A stretch of DNA of 64,000 nucleotides from the human T2T-CHM13v2.0 reference genome, Homo sapiens: NCBI RefSeq assembly GCF_009914755.1, contig NC_060932.1. One strand, written 5' to 3'. A program made the translations under genes and the position numbers. Below are positions 61,502-64,000 of the stretch, piece by piece (within the stretch, counting starts at the first letter, position 1; each line of letters begins with the position of its first letter). The notes beneath the pieces are model-generated. The model saw nothing but the letters and a program-made list of their open reading frames with translations, had not been told where the DNA came from and did no database searches.

Positions 61502-62189
61502 TTATCAGTAAGAAAAATTTGAAAAATACATTTATACCAGTAATAATAAGCCTCACCCTAGTGTTTTGATAGATATGTGAATACTAGCAAAAAGCAACCA
61601 TAGATAGCCAAATACCTGCAAAGCAGGCATCTGGAACAAAAAAGACAGATCTCTACATTTTTGTAGACATGTTAATTAAGATAGAAGGTGCCTGGTAACC
61701 ACCCAGTGCTGTGTATTGGTTGCTAGGAAAAAAGTTAAATCTCAGCACAAAAGCCTCTTTTTATGTCTATTTTTTTCAGTTTTTGTACTCATAGCAAAAG
61801 GCAAAAAGCTACATCATATTGGAGAACTACCAAAGACCCTCAGGAACACAACTGTGGTTGAGGAAGGTGGATCGTGCTTGTTGCAGCAAGAGAAAACAAA
61901 CACCATGGAAAACCGTGGATGTCTCAGGAAGAGAGTGTTGAAAAGAAACTATTATAGGATTTGGGTTTGGAGTAGGTGATTTTGAAAGAGGGTTTCAGGG
62001 AATGGGGCTTTGGTAAGAATCAATACTGTCAGGAGGCAGGGGCAATTTTACAGTTGGATGGCTGAATCTTTTCTTACAAGATGAGAAACAAGGCTGAAGC
62101 TGTGATTTATAAAGAAGCAGCAGTTACCTATACTAGCCAGGAGAGGGAGATGTTTGGTCATTTTGTGGTTTGAAAAATGTTTTCTCAAG

Positions 62190-63130
62190 AATTTTTCATT
62201 TTATTGTGGTAAGAACACTTAACATGAGATCTATTTTTTAATGAATTTTAAGTGTACAATACATTATTGTTGACTCTAGGTACAGTGTTATACAGCAGAT
62301 CTCTACAGCATATTCACCTTGCTTAACTGAAACTTTATGTCTGTTGATTAATAATTCCGCATTTCCCCATTACCAAGCCCTAGTCACCACCATTTCATTC
62401 TTTAATTTTATGAATTTGACTATTTTAGATACCTCATATAAATGCAATCATGCAGTACTTGGCTTTAAATATCCGGCTTATTTCACTTACCATCACATTC
62501 TCAAGGTCTTTCATGGTGTCATATTGCAGAATTTTCTTCTTTTTAAAGGCTGAATAGTATTTCATTACACACACGTGTGTTTATGTATGTACTTTTTTTT
62601 TCCTTTTTGTTTTTAGAGATGCGGTCTCGCTATTTTGCCCAGGCTGGTCTTGGACTCCTGGGCTTAAGCAGTCCTCCTGCCTCAGCCTCCTGAATAGCTG
62701 GAACTATAGGCATGCACCACTGTGCCCGATATGCCACATTTTCTTTATCCATTCATCCACTGATGATTAAACAACACTTAGATTGTTTCCACTTCTTGGC
62801 TGTTGTGAATAATGCTGCAAATGAGTATGGGAGGGCAGACATCTCTGCAAGATCCTGATTTCAATTCATTTGAATACCTAGGAGTGGGATGGTTGGATCA
62901 TATGGTAGTTCGCATTTTAATTTTTTGAAGAACCTCCGTACTGTTTTCCACAGTGGCTGCACCATTTTGCATTCCTACCCACGGTGTGCAGTTTCCACAT
63001 GCTTGCTAACAGGTGTCCTTTGTTTTTTGATAATAGCAGTCCTGGCAGGTGTCAATGAGATGACACTTAATTGTGGTTTGGATTTGCATTTCCCTAATAC
63101 TTAGAGATGATGAGAATTTCTTTTCCTCCT
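62190..63130 (-). mobile_element. L1MA/MB 3' end with a nested FLAM (62594-62728)
   Basis: aagtgtacaatacattattgttgact...tacagcagatctct...aggctgaatagtat...tttgcatttccctaat. Confidence 0.88.
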
Positions 63131-63691
63131 CTGCTGTCTTTATTTGTGTTTTGTTTTTCTTATACTCTTTGTGTTGATGTCTGCCCGTTAGACAAAGCAG
63201 CCACCTCTGCTGGTCTTCATGGACTGGGCTCATACAGAAGATGACCCCCATCAATCAGACTGGGCAGAGATTCTGGGGGCCTCTACCAAATCTTTACCTT
63301 TCCAGGAAGAGGCAAGCAGCTATGAATTTTGTTCAGCTACTCTGTGGGGAGTGGGATGGGGAGCTATGGTCGTTGCCAGCCCGGGCTGCTGTTTCCACTC
63401 CCCTCCAGGATGGTAAGCTGTGGTAGACCTATCTGAGTCACTTCAAGTATAGCAGGACAGTGGTCGATATTCTGGGGAGCCCTCTTGGGAAACTTGGGGT
63501 GCTGGATATGGGAAACAACCCCTTCCCCACTTGGGAGAAACCAGGAGCTAAGAGGTCTCTTTCTGATTATATGGCACTGCACTAGGGACAGGGACCCCAG
63601 TGAGTGGGTGTCTCAAATTTCCCTACCAGCTTTGGTGAGTCAGGTTTCATGGATTGCAGGAGCTTGGAGCTTGTCACTTACTTTCTGAATT

Positions 63692-63693
63692 TC

Positions 63694-63731
<38 letters not shown>

Positions 63732-64000
63732 TTTTGAGATGGAGTCTCGCTCTGTCACCCAGGCTGGAGTGCAGTGGTGTGATCTCGGGTCACTGAAAGC
63801 TCCACCTCCCAGGTTCACGCCATTCTCCTGCCTCAGCCTCCTGAGTAGCTGGGACTATAGCTGCTCACCACAACACCTGGTTAATTTTTTTTGTATTTTT
63901 GGTAGACACAGGGTTTCACTGTGTTAGCCAGGATGGTCTTGATCTCCTGACCTCGTGATCCACCCGCTTCTGCCTCCCAAAGTGAGTGCCTGGGATTACA
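63692..64000 (-). mobile_element. AluY/Sc-like, cut by the window edge
   Basis: Antisense Alu; gttcacgccattct and gttagccaggatggtc. Confidence 0.93.

Overview
Human genomic DNA: an AluYb8 with its diagnostic 7-nt duplication points to human rather than another primate. The window is repeat-dense intergenic or intronic sequence with about 34 Alus, old and mid-age L1s, L2/MIR, MaLR/ERV1/ERVL LTRs and hAT DNA-transposon fossils. No known protein-coding exon was recognised, and almost all ORF-track entries are repeat artefacts. The one clearly gene-derived sequence is a processed TIMM13 pseudogene (17527-20016) in a five-level nested insertion stack. The best leads are: (1) a candidate minus-strand two-exon 5' end (1962-1912 + 1683-1612) that splices in frame to a signal-peptide-like ORF running off the left edge; (2) repeated fold-back/templated-insertion scars, including two A-A'-B'-B double hairpins at 5769 and 43026 and a 74-bp local copy of the pseudogene; (3) an ancient ERVL-type provirus with a dUTPase remnant; (4) tandem CTCF-like sites in a CpG-richer patch near 56.3 kb. 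I found no convincing new biological system. Repeat subfamily names come from memory of consensus sequences, and many boundaries are approximate.
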